Of a DNA stretch of 64,000 nucleotides, positions 1 through 10,628 are shown in pieces. The DNA lies in the NCBI GenBank assembly GCA_963806435.1, contig CAWEBD010000157.1:26809-90808 (forward strand), in the 5' to 3' direction. Under the pieces are notes generated by a model. The model did no database searches, was not told the DNA's origin, and worked only from the letters and a program-made list of their open reading frames with translations. The DNA comes from an uncultured Bacteroidota bacterium. Lineage in GTDB: Bacteria > Bacteroidota > Ignavibacteria > Kryptoniales > JAKASW01. Within the stretch, counting starts at the first letter, position 1. The number at the start of each line of letters is the position of its first letter. The position numbers and the translations under genes were made by a program.

Positions 1-792
1 GGTGATAAGATCGGCACGTTCCTTCAGTTCCCAAACCGCGTTCTTCATCGCAACACCTGTCCCGGCGCGCTTGAACGCCTCCAGATCGTTTTTGAAATCT
101 CCGAGGACCGCGACTTCATCCTTGCCGACCCGGAAATACTTCTCGAGATGGGCGAGCCCGGTAGCCTTCGAATAATTCTTGTTCTTGATTTCCAGATACC
201 ATCTGTCGCCGTGCTGCGAGCTGCGGTACACGTTAACGGTGACGCGCGAGAAGAGACCGATGGCCTTGCGCGCAATCGACTTTATCACAGCTTTGGAATC
301 CGCGCCGACGATTACCTGGATCGTCCTGTCAGCATATGGAGCGAGATCCTCCACGACGATTGTGTCGAGCTCGAGGCTGTCGATATAACTCGGGAGCATG
401 GTGTCCGATTCCAGCCGCATCATCTTGTTGTCGACGAAGAGTGCCACGCTCGAGAACCTCTTCTCGGCCTCCGAGATTACCGTTCTGACCACCTTCGGCT
501 TTATGTAGCTGGCGAAGATATTCTGGTCGCTGTGCGGTAGTCGGACGAGTCCGCCGTCGAGGGAAATAATGGGAGATTTCATATCAAGCTCGTCGGCGAT
601 GCGTTCGGCTGATGAATGGGCGCGCGCCGTCATGATCGCGACCCGCATTCCGAGTCCTCTCAGCTTCCACACGCTCTCCCTCGTAACATCTGAAATCTGC
701 CCTTGATTGTTGAGCAGTGTTCCGTCGAGGTCCGTTGCAATGAGTTTGATTTGCTTGAGTTTTCTGATGAATTTCGGAGAAAGATTATCCAT
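1..792 (-). CDS. HAD-IIB (Cof-type) phosphatase family hydrolase, C-terminal end beyond window edge
   Basis: Absent from the ORF track because it runs off the edge. My minus-strand translation from ATG at 792 gives MDNLSPKFIRKLKQIKLIATDLDGTLLNNQG... (DxDGT motif I) and ...AVLGDFKNDLEAFKRAGTGVAM (GDxxND motif). The frame stays open to base 1. Confidence 0.75.
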   Translation of the reverse strand, partial: MDNLSPKFIRKLKQIKLIATDLDGTLLNNQGQISDVTRESVWKLRGLGMRVAIMTARAHSSAERIADELDMKSPIISLDGGLVRLPHSDQNIFASYIKPKVVRTVISEAEKRFSSVALFVDNKMMRLESDTMLPSYIDSLELDTIVVEDLAPYADRTIQVIVGADSKAVIKSIARKAIGLFSRVTVNVYRSSQHGDRWYLEIKNKNYSKATGLAHLEKYFRVGKDEVAVLGDFKNDLEAFKRAGTGVAMKNAVWELKERADLIT

Positions 793-875
793 TACCGTTT
801 GAATCGCTAGTTGTACTGATGATTACGCAAATCCTGTTAAAAATACAATGTTAGTGCGTCATCTTCTACGGTTCT

Positions 876-904
876 TTGCATTTTCCCGCCGCAAATGCTA
901 AATT
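876..904 (+). promoter_or_regulatory. candidate sigma70-type promoter of pfkA (TTGCAT-17 nt-TAAATT)
   Basis: Hexamers read directly at 876-881 and 899-904, about 24 nt upstream of the pfkA ATG, which has an AGGAG ribosome-binding site. Confidence 0.3.
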
Positions 905-927
905 TGAAGGGTTTTTCATAGGAGATT

Positions 928-1899
928 ATGAGTAAGATTAAGAAAATTGGAATTTACACGAGCGGCGGTGATGCGCCGGGAATGAATGCGGCTTTAAGAG
1001 CGATTGTAAGAACTGCTGTCTATCATAATATTGAAGTGGTTGGGATTCAACACGGCTACAACGGGATGATAAAAGGCGACTTCGTCCCCATGGGGCCTCG
1101 TTCCGTATCGAATATCATTCAGCGGGGCGGTACGCTCCTCAAAACGGCCCGTTCAGCGGAGTTTATGACCCGCGAGGGACGTGCGAAAGCGGCGGCCAAC
1201 CTGAGTTCACAGGGTGTCGACGGCCTCGTCGCCATCGGCGGCAACGGGACTTTCCAGGGTGCGACTCTCCTCTACGACGAACATATGATCCCGACGGTCG
1301 GGGTCCCGGGAACCATCGATAATGATCTGTACGGTACGGATTTCACCGTGGGTTACGACACGGCAATAAACACAGCTGTTGAAGCCATAGACAAGATTCG
1401 AGATACCGCGGACGCCCACGACAGAGTATTCTACGTGGAGGTGATGGGGCGCGACGCGGGCTTCATTGCCTTGGACGTCGGTATCGCCGGCGGCGCAGAG
1501 TATATCGCGATCCCCGAAATCGAGGAAAACTTCGAGGCGATACGCCAGAAGCTTACCACCGGCGGGAGGCAAAGGAGCAGCATCGTGGTCATCGCGGAAG
1601 GATGTTTCAACGGCGGCGCCGTCGACCTCGCGAGAAGGATGAGCGAGTTCGTCCACCTGCACTACCGCGTCACAGTACTTGGCCATATTCAACGGGGCGG
1701 CAGCCCTACCGCGCGCGACAGGGTGCTCGCCGCGAAACTCGGTTCGGCTGCGGTTGCAGGGTTACTGCACGGCGAGCTCAACGTGATGGCAGGCGAGATA
1801 AACAACAAGGTGGTTCTCACCCCCATGCGCGATACGTGGGAGAAAAAGAAGGCCATCGACAACAGCCTCGTTGAACTGTCCCAAATACTTTCCATCTGA
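928..1899 (+). CDS. pfkA: ATP-dependent 6-phosphofructokinase
   Basis: 323 aa with the motifs GGDAPGMNAA, GVPGTIDNDL and VEVMGRDAG. Confidence 0.9.
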   Translation: MSKIKKIGIYTSGGDAPGMNAALRAIVRTAVYHNIEVVGIQHGYNGMIKGDFVPMGPRSVSNIIQRGGTLLKTARSAEFMTREGRAKAAANLSSQGVDGLVAIGGNGTFQGATLLYDEHMIPTVGVPGTIDNDLYGTDFTVGYDTAINTAVEAIDKIRDTADAHDRVFYVEVMGRDAGFIALDVGIAGGAEYIAIPEIEENFEAIRQKLTTGGRQRSSIVVIAEGCFNGGAVDLARRMSEFVHLHYRVTVLGHIQRGGSPTARDRVLAAKLGSAAVAGLLHGELNVMAGEINNKVVLTPMRDTWEKKKAIDNSLVELSQILSI

Positions 1900-1957
1900 A
1901 GGGAAGTCGCCGGCAGTCTTTTCCATGCCGTCGGTAAACGACCGGAGAGAATAATTA

Positions 1958-2839
1958 ATGATCAGTCCGAAGAAAATCCTTGTATCGGCCGCGCTCTCGG
2001 CAGCCATGGTCTTTTCCGCCCAGGGCTGCAGCATCACACAGCTTACGATAGGCGCGACAAGCGGCATTATCGACGGCGGCTTCAAGGCGCTTAACAGGGA
2101 GACGGATCTCCAGATTGCCGCGCAGGCGATTCCGGCGGATCTGAAACTTCTCGACGGTCTGATTATCGAGGCCCCGGATAATGAGAAGCTCCTTCTCCTG
2201 GGGGCTCAGGGATACACCAGTTATGCCCTCGGCTTCGTGCAAGATTCTTCAAGGGAGCGCGCCAATCTGTTCTACCTCCGCGCGAGGGACTACGGCCTCA
2301 GGATACTGTTCGAGAACAGTGACTTCAAGGAACATTTTAAGGGCGACCTGACGGATTTCCAGAAAGCTCTGGACGAGTTCGGCGAGAGCGACGTTCCGGC
2401 CGTTTTCTGGACCGCGAACGCCTGGGGGAACTACGTGAACCTCAATCGTGACAACGTCGACGCGCTCGCCCAGCTCCCGAAGGTAGAGGCAATGATGAAA
2501 TTTGTCCTTCAGCACGATCCCTCGTATTTCTACGGCGGCGCGCACCTGTTCTTCGGGACTATTCTGGGAAGTCTCCCGGCGATGTTCGGCGGCGATACCA
2601 CTGCGGCCAGGGAACATTTTGAGAAGGCTATTCAGTTTGCGGACGGGAAATTTCTGATGGGATATTTCTACTATGCGCAATCATACGCCGTCATGACTCA
2701 GAACAAGGAGTTATTTGAATCCCTTCTTAATAAAGTGATCGACGCTCCCGCTAACCTCCTTCCCGATGAGAATCTCGCCAATGAGATCGCGAAACAAAAA
2801 GCCAAAGAGTTGTTGAAACATGAAAGCGACTATTTCTGA
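1958..2839 (+). CDS. TRAP transporter TatT-component family lipoprotein (TPR-like)
   Basis: Lipoprotein signal ...VFSAQGC. The segment LNRETDLQIAAQAIPADLKLLDGL...YLRARDYGLRIL resembles the TatT family. Sits directly upstream of dctP/Q/M-type genes. Confidence 0.7.
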   Translation: MISPKKILVSAALSAAMVFSAQGCSITQLTIGATSGIIDGGFKALNRETDLQIAAQAIPADLKLLDGLIIEAPDNEKLLLLGAQGYTSYALGFVQDSSRERANLFYLRARDYGLRILFENSDFKEHFKGDLTDFQKALDEFGESDVPAVFWTANAWGNYVNLNRDNVDALAQLPKVEAMMKFVLQHDPSYFYGGAHLFFGTILGSLPAMFGGDTTAAREHFEKAIQFADGKFLMGYFYYAQSYAVMTQNKELFESLLNKVIDAPANLLPDENLANEIAKQKAKELLKHESDYF

Positions 2840-2849
2840 AAGGTTGGAC

Positions 2850-3869
2850 ATGTCTAAGATTGCACAGAGGATATTTGTCGTAATGTCGGTTTTGCTGCTG
2901 TCGGGATTATCCGTCCGCGCGCAGCAGTACACTATCAAGTTTGCCACTGTCGCGCCGGAAGGAAGCACGTGGATGAACGTGATGAAGGAGTACGACGCCG
3001 CGGTGCGAAAGGAGAGCGGCGGGAGGCTGGGCTTTAAGTTCTACGCGGGCGGGATCGCGGGCGACGAGAAGGATGTACTCAGGAAGATCAGGATCGGACA
3101 ATACCAAGCCGCCGGATTCACCGGAGTCGGTATGGGCGAAATCGCGCCGGAAGAGCGGATTCTGGATACTCCATTCCTCTTCCACGATACCTCCGAGATC
3201 AATTACATCTATGATAAATTTACCCCCCAGTTCAGCCAGGCGTTCGAGCAGGGAGGTTTCGTATTCCTCGGGTGGGCAGAAGTCGGATTTGTCTACGTCT
3301 TCACTCAGAAGCCAATCTATTCCGTGCAGGACATGAAGAACGTCAAGGCGTGGATGTGGGAAGGCGACCCTATCGCCGAAGTGTCGTTTAAGGTTCTCCA
3401 TCTTTCTCCTATCCCGCTGTCGGTAATGGACGTCAACTCCGCGCTCCAGACCGGGATGATCAATTGCGTCTACTCGCCGCCTCTGGCGATGATCGCACTT
3501 CAATGGTTCACGAAAGTGAAATATATGCTTGATGTCCCTCTCGCGAATTCGTCCGGGGCGGCTCTTATCTCCAGAAGATATTTCGATTCCATGCCGCCGG
3601 ATCTTCAGCAAATTCTTGTCAAGAACGGCCAGATTTACATGAAGAAGCTGACGGAGTTGAGCCGGAAGGACAACGTCAAGGCTATCAAGACCATGGAAGG
3701 GGAAGGCATAACAGTTACTCGCCCTCGCTCGAAAAGCGAACTGGCTTACTATTACCAGACCGGCGAAGAGGCGCGTCAGATGCTCGTCGGGAAATTGTAC
3801 TCGGCCGACCTCCTGCATCAAGTTGAAGCGGCGCTTGACCAGTTTCGCAAGGAGCACCCCGGAAAGTGA
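2850..3869 (+). CDS. TRAP transporter substrate-binding protein (DctP family)
   Basis: Signal peptide MSKIAQRIFVVMSVLLLSGLSVRAQ followed by a DctP-like body. Start moved to the ATG at 2850 inside the 2820 ORF. Confidence 0.85.
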   Translation: MSKIAQRIFVVMSVLLLSGLSVRAQQYTIKFATVAPEGSTWMNVMKEYDAAVRKESGGRLGFKFYAGGIAGDEKDVLRKIRIGQYQAAGFTGVGMGEIAPEERILDTPFLFHDTSEINYIYDKFTPQFSQAFEQGGFVFLGWAEVGFVYVFTQKPIYSVQDMKNVKAWMWEGDPIAEVSFKVLHLSPIPLSVMDVNSALQTGMINCVYSPPLAMIALQWFTKVKYMLDVPLANSSGAALISRRYFDSMPPDLQQILVKNGQIYMKKLTELSRKDNVKAIKTMEGEGITVTRPRSKSELAYYYQTGEEARQMLVGKLYSADLLHQVEAALDQFRKEHPGK

Positions 3870-4378
3870 AAACCATCAGGAAGATAGAGAACATCCTGGG
3901 AATCATCGAGAATTCACTTCTCGTGATATTCCTGACAGTAACTGTGGTGATGGCCTTTCTACAGGTGATACTGAGGGAGTTCTGGTCAACAGGGATTATC
4001 TGGGCCGACGTGTTTCTGCGGCATCTTGTGCTCTGGATCGGATTTCTCGGTGCCGCCCTCGCGGCGAAGGAATCGCGACATTTCTCGATAAACATCATCA
4101 CTAAGCGGTTGCCCAATTTACTTCAGAGAATCGTACAGGTGTTCCTCCATATCAGCGCGACGGTGGTCTGCTACTTCCTGTCCGTTGCCAGCGCGTCTTT
4201 CGTCGCCGACGAGATCAAATACAATAACCAGCCTCTCTTCACGTTCATGGGAAAGAACGTGATGCCGTACTACCTGGAGATGATCATACCGATAGGCTTC
4301 GGGCTGATCGGACTGCATTTCCTCTTCAAGGCAGTCGAGGTCGCGGTTGAGGGCCCCCAGTCGGCCGAAGTCGTTTGA
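3866..4378 (+). CDS. TRAP transporter small permease (DctQ family)
   Basis: 170 aa with 4 hydrophobic segments. GTGA start/stop overlap with the preceding gene. Confidence 0.8.
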   Translation: MKTIRKIENILGIIENSLLVIFLTVTVVMAFLQVILREFWSTGIIWADVFLRHLVLWIGFLGAALAAKESRHFSINIITKRLPNLLQRIVQVFLHISATVVCYFLSVASASFVADEIKYNNQPLFTFMGKNVMPYYLEMIIPIGFGLIGLHFLFKAVEVAVEGPQSAEVV

Positions 4379-4456
4379 GCCCACACTCCCGCCGGAAACG
4401 CAGATTGAATTCATCCACCCTGCTCCACACAGAACTCCCACAGGGATAAAGAAAAA

Positions 4457-5734
4457 ATGTCGTACGTCGTCATTGGCATCGCGATTCTCCTGCTCGTCCT
4501 GCTGGGCGAGCCTGTCTTCATACTCATAGGGGCGGGCGGGCTTCTCCTTTTCAAATCCATCGGCGTTGACACATCAGCCGTGATCGTGGAGCTGTACCGA
4601 CTCGCGAGCCTGCCGGCGCTTATAGCGATACCGCTCTTCACATTCGCCGGATATATACTGGCGGAAAGCAACGCCCCAAAGAGGCTCGTGCGTCTCGCCC
4701 AGGCTTTCTTCGGCTGGATGCCCGGCGGACTTGCCATAGTCTCGATAATATCCACGGCTATCTTCACCGCGTTTACGGGTGCGTCCGGCGTGACCATCGT
4801 TGCACTTGGAGGTTTGCTCTATCCCGTCCTGGTTAAGGAGTCGTATCCGGAAAGATTCGCGACCGGGCTGATGACGACATCAGGAAGCCTCGGACTCCTC
4901 TTTCCGCCGAGCCTGCCGATCATCCTATACGGAATTGTCGCAGGGATAAGCGTCGACAAGCTGTTCGCCGCGGGTGTGATACCCGGCATACTCCTGATTG
5001 TTATGCTATCCGCGTACAGCATTTACACCGGCATTCGTGCGGGGGTGAAACGTCAGGCGTTTTCGTTCCGAGAGGCCTTCGGGGCGCTCAAGGAAGGCGT
5101 CTGGGAGATACCGCTTCCCATCATTATTATCGGTGGCATCTACGCCGGCTATTTCACGGCGACGGAAGCGAGCGCGATCATGGCATTCTACGTCCTCGTC
5201 GTAGAAGTCTTCGTGCTCCGCGACGTCAAGTTCTTCAAGGACCTTCCCGGGATCACCAGGAAGAGCATGATGCTCGTCGGCGCCATCTTCGTCGTGCTGG
5301 GGACCGCGCTCGGTCTGACGAACTATCTCATCGACCAGCAAATCCCGATGCAGATGTTCCAGCTCATCCATCGCTTCGTTTCGAGTCAGCTCGTCTTCCT
5401 CATCCTGCTGAACCTCTTTCTCCTTGTCATAAATATGGTCGAAATATTCTCGGCTATTATAATCGTCGTACCTCTGATAGTGCCGATCGCGATGCAGTAC
5501 GGCATCAATCCTGTTCACCTTGGTGTGATCTTTCTGCTGAACCTGGAAATCGGATACATGCTGCCGCCATTAGGATTGAACTTATTCATATCGAGTTTGC
5601 GTTTTGAAAAAGACATAGTGAAGATATACAGGGCTGTGCTGCCGTTTCTGGCCATAGCGCTGCTCGCGTTGTTTATCGTCACTTATTTGCCGGACCTGAG
5701 CTTATATTTGACAAGAATATTGAAGGTACAATAG
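4457..5734 (+). CDS. TRAP transporter large permease (DctM family)
   Basis: 425 aa polytopic membrane protein of typical DctM length and composition. Last gene of the TRAP unit. Confidence 0.9.
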   Translation: MSYVVIGIAILLLVLLGEPVFILIGAGGLLLFKSIGVDTSAVIVELYRLASLPALIAIPLFTFAGYILAESNAPKRLVRLAQAFFGWMPGGLAIVSIISTAIFTAFTGASGVTIVALGGLLYPVLVKESYPERFATGLMTTSGSLGLLFPPSLPIILYGIVAGISVDKLFAAGVIPGILLIVMLSAYSIYTGIRAGVKRQAFSFREAFGALKEGVWEIPLPIIIIGGIYAGYFTATEASAIMAFYVLVVEVFVLRDVKFFKDLPGITRKSMMLVGAIFVVLGTALGLTNYLIDQQIPMQMFQLIHRFVSSQLVFLILLNLFLLVINMVEIFSAIIIVVPLIVPIAMQYGINPVHLGVIFLLNLEIGYMLPPLGLNLFISSLRFEKDIVKIYRAVLPFLAIALLALFIVTYLPDLSLYLTRILKVQ

Positions 5735-5735
5735 A

Positions 5736-6350
5736 ATGGGTGCTCACCTGTTTGTCGCGTCTCTCTACGACGCCTTGATGGTACCCGCCGACAAGCTCGG
5801 GTTCGAACAGGTGCGCAGGATGGTCGTTAAGAGCGCGAGAGGGAGAGTACTGGAGATAGGAGCCGGAACAGGATTGAACTTCAAACATTTCGAAAACGCG
5901 GACTGCGTTTTAGCTATCGAACCTGATCCGTATATGATTAGTCGCGCGGCGCACAGAGTCAGAGAGTGCGCGGCGCTCGCGCAAGCCCGGGCCGAAGACC
6001 TTCCATTCCCCGACAACTCCTTCGACACGGTCGTCTCCACGCTTACATTCTGCACGATCGGCGAACCTTTGAAAGCGGCTCAGGAGATCCGCCGTGTGCT
6101 CAAAGAAGACGGTTGCTTCTTCTTCGCCGAGCATCCCATCGCGGAGAAGCCGTTCCTCGCGGGCGCCGAGAGGGCAGTGACGCCTCTCTGGAAAAAAATC
6201 GCGGGAGGATGCCACCTTGACAGGGACATCGTCTCCTACTTCAAGGCTGGCGGACTCAACATTGCCGAGATCATCAGGTTGGATTCGTTCTTCGTCGCCG
6301 GAAGAGCCTCCAAGGCCGGCCCATGCACAAAACCAGGCTTTGTATCATGA
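5736..6350 (+). CDS. class I SAM-dependent methyltransferase
   Basis: VLEIGAGTGLN motif I and a Methyltransf_11-like layout. Confidence 0.75.
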   Translation: MGAHLFVASLYDALMVPADKLGFEQVRRMVVKSARGRVLEIGAGTGLNFKHFENADCVLAIEPDPYMISRAAHRVRECAALAQARAEDLPFPDNSFDTVVSTLTFCTIGEPLKAAQEIRRVLKEDGCFFFAEHPIAEKPFLAGAERAVTPLWKKIAGGCHLDRDIVSYFKAGGLNIAEIIRLDSFFVAGRASKAGPCTKPGFVS

Positions 6351-7036
6351 GATACGCGGTTATTTCGGATATCCACTCGAACTTCGAGGCGCTCACAGAA
6401 GTCATGGAAGACATACGGAAAAAGCATGTCGACGAAATCATCTGTCTCGGCGATGTGGTTGGATACGGTGCGAATCCGGACGAAGTGGCGGAGGTTGTCC
6501 GCAGCGAAGTGAAGTATATCGTCAAAGGAAACCACGACGATGCCGTGCACGACGACGAAACATATTCCATGATTAATCCCTACGCCAAGGCGGCCATCGA
6601 TTACACACGCGAAGTGCTTTCCGTGGAGAACAGCGACTGGCTGAAGGAACTCCCGCTTACCTACAAAATCAAGGATGTCCTGTTTGTTCACTCGTCCCCC
6701 TCGGATCCCCACGATTGGAAGTACGTATTATCTGAAGCCGACGCACGTATGGAGCTTTCGTCATTCGAAGAGAAAATCTGTCTGATCGGACACACCCATG
6801 TGCCCGTAATTTTCAGGCGCAAGTTGGGCGATGCGGGAGTGAGGGAACTGATCAACGTCGGAAGCGTCGGACAGCCGCGTGACGGCGACAGCCGTGCGAG
6901 CTATGGCATAATCGATACCGCCAATCTCACCTATGAAAATTTCCGGATCGAATACGATTGCCGGATGGCCGGCAACAAAATAATTGCGGCCGGCCTCCCC
7001 GTTTTTCTTGCCGAGCGGCTTCAAAAAGGAAGATAG
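6347..7036 (+). CDS. metallophosphoesterase family protein
   Basis: Motifs DIHSN, GDVVGYG and GNHD. Start placed at MRYAVISDIH. Confidence 0.8.
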   Translation: MRYAVISDIHSNFEALTEVMEDIRKKHVDEIICLGDVVGYGANPDEVAEVVRSEVKYIVKGNHDDAVHDDETYSMINPYAKAAIDYTREVLSVENSDWLKELPLTYKIKDVLFVHSSPSDPHDWKYVLSEADARMELSSFEEKICLIGHTHVPVIFRRKLGDAGVRELINVGSVGQPRDGDSRASYGIIDTANLTYENFRIEYDCRMAGNKIIAAGLPVFLAERLQKGR

Positions 7037-7112
7037 CAAACCTAATCGTTTCATCTTTGCCGCGATGGAACGACCTCCCGTTCTTCAATGATGCGACCTG
7101 GCGGTGAAAACC

Positions 7113-7137
7113 GCGACCCACTTCGAAAGTGAGTCGC
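7113..7137. terminator. hairpin between convergent genes (11-position stem, one mismatch, 3-nt loop)
   Basis: GCGACCCACTT-cga-AAGTGAGTCGC read directly. Only a weak T tract follows. Confidence 0.3.
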
Positions 7138-7148
7138 AGCTTTGAAAC

Positions 7149-8138
7149 TCAGTGCAGGAAATCCTCGACTGTCTTTATGAACATGTTCGGCTGATCGACG
7201 AACGTCATATGTCCGCTGTGCGGGAATATTACCAGCTTCGATCCCGCAATTTTGGAGTGCATTTCCTCCGAAAGCGAAGGTGCACATTCGTCGTGGTCGC
7301 CGCAGGTGATGAGCGTCGGGACCTTGATGGTTGACAGCTTGTCCACATACTCCACGGACTTGAGATTGCCGTCGATCACGTACTCGCCGTCTGATCCCCA
7401 CATCTCCCGATAAAGCCGCCACGACATATTTCCGCTGGCCACGGGGTCGTAGTTAGGGTCGGGTCTGTTTTGATACAGGTACGGGAAGTAACCTTCTCCC
7501 CACGCGGCTATCATGTAGGCGTTGGTGTACCTGTTCTGCTCGTACGGCAACCCGTGGCCGAACAGTCCGGCCTTTTCCATTTTATCGATGCGGTCGCGCA
7601 GTTCGGGAGACATGTTCTCCTTTATCTTCGCAAGGACCTGGTTCATCTGTGAAGTGCTGGGAAATGTGCTGCACAATATCAGGTGTGTCAGATTCTGCTG
7701 GTATTTCAGCGCGTAAGCCTGGGCCAGTACGCCGCCATAAGAGTGACCGAGCAGGCTCATCTTTCCAAGACCGAGAGCTTTCCGTACAGCTTCGACGTCT
7801 TCGACCATGTTTTCTACGGTGTACTGCGTCGCATCCTCAAGCCTCTGGGATTGTCCGGAACCGCGTTCATCGATGAAGACAAGGCGGTTGTTCTTCGCCA
7901 GGGGAAGGAGATAAGGGAGGAAGTAATCGTGTGACGCGCCCGGACCGCCATGCACGATCATGAGCGGCTCTCCCTTACCGAATTCTTCATAATAGATCAT
8001 TACTCCGTTAGCGTTTACGAAGCCATGTTGAATTTTGTACACATTGTCGGAAGCGGTTGTCTTCGTGGAATTTGTCTGACAACCGAGGAAGATCGAAGCA
8101 AAAACGATCGTCATTACTACGGACTTGAAAGGCCGCAT
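7149..8138 (-). CDS. alpha/beta hydrolase, proline iminopeptidase-like, probable lipoprotein
   Basis: HGGPGASH and a GHSYGG nucleophile elbow. Start set at the ATG at 8138, preceded by AGGAGG, giving MRPFKSVVMTIVFASIFLGC. Confidence 0.8.
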   Translation of the reverse strand: MRPFKSVVMTIVFASIFLGCQTNSTKTTASDNVYKIQHGFVNANGVMIYYEEFGKGEPLMIVHGGPGASHDYFLPYLLPLAKNNRLVFIDERGSGQSQRLEDATQYTVENMVEDVEAVRKALGLGKMSLLGHSYGGVLAQAYALKYQQNLTHLILCSTFPSTSQMNQVLAKIKENMSPELRDRIDKMEKAGLFGHGLPYEQNRYTNAYMIAAWGEGYFPYLYQNRPDPNYDPVASGNMSWRLYREMWGSDGEYVIDGNLKSVEYVDKLSTIKVPTLITCGDHDECAPSLSEEMHSKIAGSKLVIFPHSGHMTFVDQPNMFIKTVEDFLH

Positions 8139-8535
8139 GTGCCACCTCCTCATTTTGGTTATGGTTGGTTTACCTGAAAAATTTCGTGGCCGGACAGCAG
8201 TGAATGCGGAGTGCATCTGCCTCCTTCGCTCAGGGCAGGTTTTCATTGCCGTAATTTGTGAAATGGAGGGAAGAAGTGAAAGCGGAGAAAGAGGTCAAGT
8301 TGGCATGCGATATTCTGACGGGTCGATGATCGAGCACCCGTTTATGCTGGTCTTGTCTCTGCTGCCGGTTAGTCCACGGCTTCTTTGCGGCGCTCACGAC
8401 GGGTAACAGAATAGTATTCGGGCTGAACGTGTCGTTCGTGCCAATCTGGCTGGCGACGAACCTCCGGTAGACCGGAAACGGGGACGATGGCGCCGGTTCA
8501 GCAGTGGAGGGTGCACTGTCCCCGGAGGAGGGGGG

Positions 8536-10356
8536 TTATCCTACAGCGGTCTTCTTTCTCGATTTGTATCTATCGTCGTGGTTGAGAATCCTCTCGCGAA
8601 GCCTGATCGACTTCGGCGTGAACTCGACGTATTCCTCGTCGTTAATCCATTCGATCGCCTTCTCGACGTTCATGAGCACCGGGGGCTCAAGACGGATTGC
8701 CTCGTCGGCACCTGACGCGCGCATGTTGGTAAGATGCTTTGTCTTGCAGACGTTTGCTACGATGGTATCCTCGCGGGCGTTTTCCCCAACGATCATACCG
8801 GCGTAAACCTGTGTGCCGGGCTCTATGAAGAAAGTCATTCTCTCCCCGAGCTTCCACATCGCGTAAGCCACCGCGGTGCCGGTTTCCATCGCGACTACGG
8901 CGCCTTTATTCCGTCCCTCGATATCGCCTTTGAAGGGCTCGTATCCGTGGTAATTGTGATGCAGGATTCCCGTACCTTTGGTCTGTGTCATGAATTCGGT
9001 TCTGAAGCCGATGAGCCCTCTCGCCGGCACAATGAATTCGAGCCTCGTATTTCCGTGGCTGGGCAGAAGGTTTCTCATCTCGCCTTTCCTCCTGCTGAGG
9101 TTGTCTATGACGGTGCCTACGAACTCGTCCGGGACGTCGATGATAACATGCTCGACCGGCTCATGAAGTTCGTGGTTGATGGTCTTGTAGATAACCTTCG
9201 GCTTGCCGACCTGGAACTCGTAGCCTTCTCTGCGCATTGTTTCGATGAGAATCGCCAGGTGAAGCTCGCCTCTTCCGCTTACCGTGAAGACATCAGGCGT
9301 ATCGCCCGGCTCGACGCGCAGGCTAACGTTCGCGCGCAGCTCACGCGCCAGGCGTTCGGCGAGGTTTCTGGTCGTGACATACTTTCCTTCTTTCCCCGCG
9401 AAAGGGGAATTGTTCACGACAAAGTTCATCGAGAGCGTCGGCTCTTCTATGTTCACGAACGGGAGCGGCGTTATGTCCGCCGGGTCGCATATTGTTTCGC
9501 CGATGTCGACGTCTTCCATCCCTGCGAGCGCGATTATTTCTCCGGCGCTTGCTTCCGTCGCTTCGTTCCGCTTCAATCCCTCGAAGGTAAATATCTTAGT
9601 GATCTTTGCGTCCTGGACTTTGAAGTCCTTGTGAACGACGTGCATCGGGGCGCCGTCCCTGATGGTGCCGCGGAAGATTCGTCCAATCCCGAGCCGGCCG
9701 ATGTAATCGTTGTACTCGATGTTCATCACGAGCATCTGGAAAGGGCTCTCGGCATCCACGGGCGGTTCGGGGATCCGCTTCAGTATCGTTTCGAAAAGTG
9801 GAGATAGATCATGGCTTTCCTGATCGAGTGAGTACTGAGCAATGCCCTGCTTCGCAATAGTGTATATGACGGGGAAGTCTATCTGCTCGTCGTTCGCGCC
9901 GAGTGAGATGAAAAGATCGTAGACTTCGTTCAGCACTTCAGCCGGACGCGCATCCTTCCTGTCAATCTTGTTGATGACGACAATCGGCTTGAGATTCAGC
10001 TCGAGCGCCTTGCGAAGGACGAACTTAGTCTGCGGCAGCGGTCCTTCTGCGGCATCAACCAGAAGAAGAACACCATCGACCATCATCAGGGTTCGCTCGA
10101 CTTCGCCGCCGAAATCGGAATGCCCGGGGGTGTCGACGATGTTTATCTTAACGTCCTTGTACCTTACCGACACGTTTTTTGCGAGTATGGTAATTCCTTT
10201 TTCGCGCTCGAGATCGTTCGAATCCAGTATGCGGGTCCCCATGTTCTGGTTATCCCGGAAAGTGCCGGTTTGTTTGAGCATGTGGTCAACCAGCGTTGTC
10301 TTTCCATGGTCAACGTGTGCGATTATGGCTATGTTTCTCAGTTTATAGTCTCTCAT
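8536..10356 (-). CDS. typA: translational GTPase TypA/BipA
   Basis: 606 aa with [24 protein letters not shown] and NKIDR. Confidence 0.95.
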   Translation of the reverse strand: MRDYKLRNIAIIAHVDHGKTTLVDHMLKQTGTFRDNQNMGTRILDSNDLEREKGITILAKNVSVRYKDVKINIVDTPGHSDFGGEVERTLMMVDGVLLLVDAAEGPLPQTKFVLRKALELNLKPIVVINKIDRKDARPAEVLNEVYDLFISLGANDEQIDFPVIYTIAKQGIAQYSLDQESHDLSPLFETILKRIPEPPVDAESPFQMLVMNIEYNDYIGRLGIGRIFRGTIRDGAPMHVVHKDFKVQDAKITKIFTFEGLKRNEATEASAGEIIALAGMEDVDIGETICDPADITPLPFVNIEEPTLSMNFVVNNSPFAGKEGKYVTTRNLAERLARELRANVSLRVEPGDTPDVFTVSGRGELHLAILIETMRREGYEFQVGKPKVIYKTINHELHEPVEHVIIDVPDEFVGTVIDNLSRRKGEMRNLLPSHGNTRLEFIVPARGLIGFRTEFMTQTKGTGILHHNYHGYEPFKGDIEGRNKGAVVAMETGTAVAYAMWKLGERMTFFIEPGTQVYAGMIVGENAREDTIVANVCKTKHLTNMRASGADEAIRLEPPVLMNVEKAIEWINDEEYVEFTPKSIRLRERILNHDDRYKSRKKTAVG

Positions 10357-10628
10357 TTCAAAAACTCTTCTCCATAAGATCTGAATGGCAGTCGGGTGAT
10401 TTCACCGCGGTGAGTATGTCCTGCAAATCGGGGTTTCGCTTTGCGACAACGCGCCGGGGTGCGACAGCACCTGAGCGCCAAGGTGCTACGTCCGAAGGAC
10501 TCCTTCGGGGGAACTTATTTACGCTCGCATAAGATAACATAAATGGGCCATATAGAAAAGTGTCCCCGTTCCTGGTTCGCCCAACCCATTAGAAAACAGG
10601 GAGTTGCAATGTTTCAGGAGGAAATGCC

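Noticed and set aside
2907-3857. 316-aa minus-strand ORF
   Set aside because: Antisense to the well-supported DctP-family gene, with low-complexity Arg-rich translation.
8139-8535. About 400 bp of intergenic DNA downstream of typA, with a hairpin TTCGTCGCCA...TGGCACGAA and open frames lacking start codons
   Set aside because: I found no recognisable protein remnant or RNA motif. The candidate typA terminator stem (GGGGAC/GTCCCC) has a 32-nt loop and a poor U tract.
8734-9807. 357-aa plus-strand ORF
   Set aside because: It lies entirely antisense to typA, which has unmistakable GTPase motifs. The product is Arg/His/Asp-rich with no motif, a typical shadow ORF in GC-rich coding DNA.
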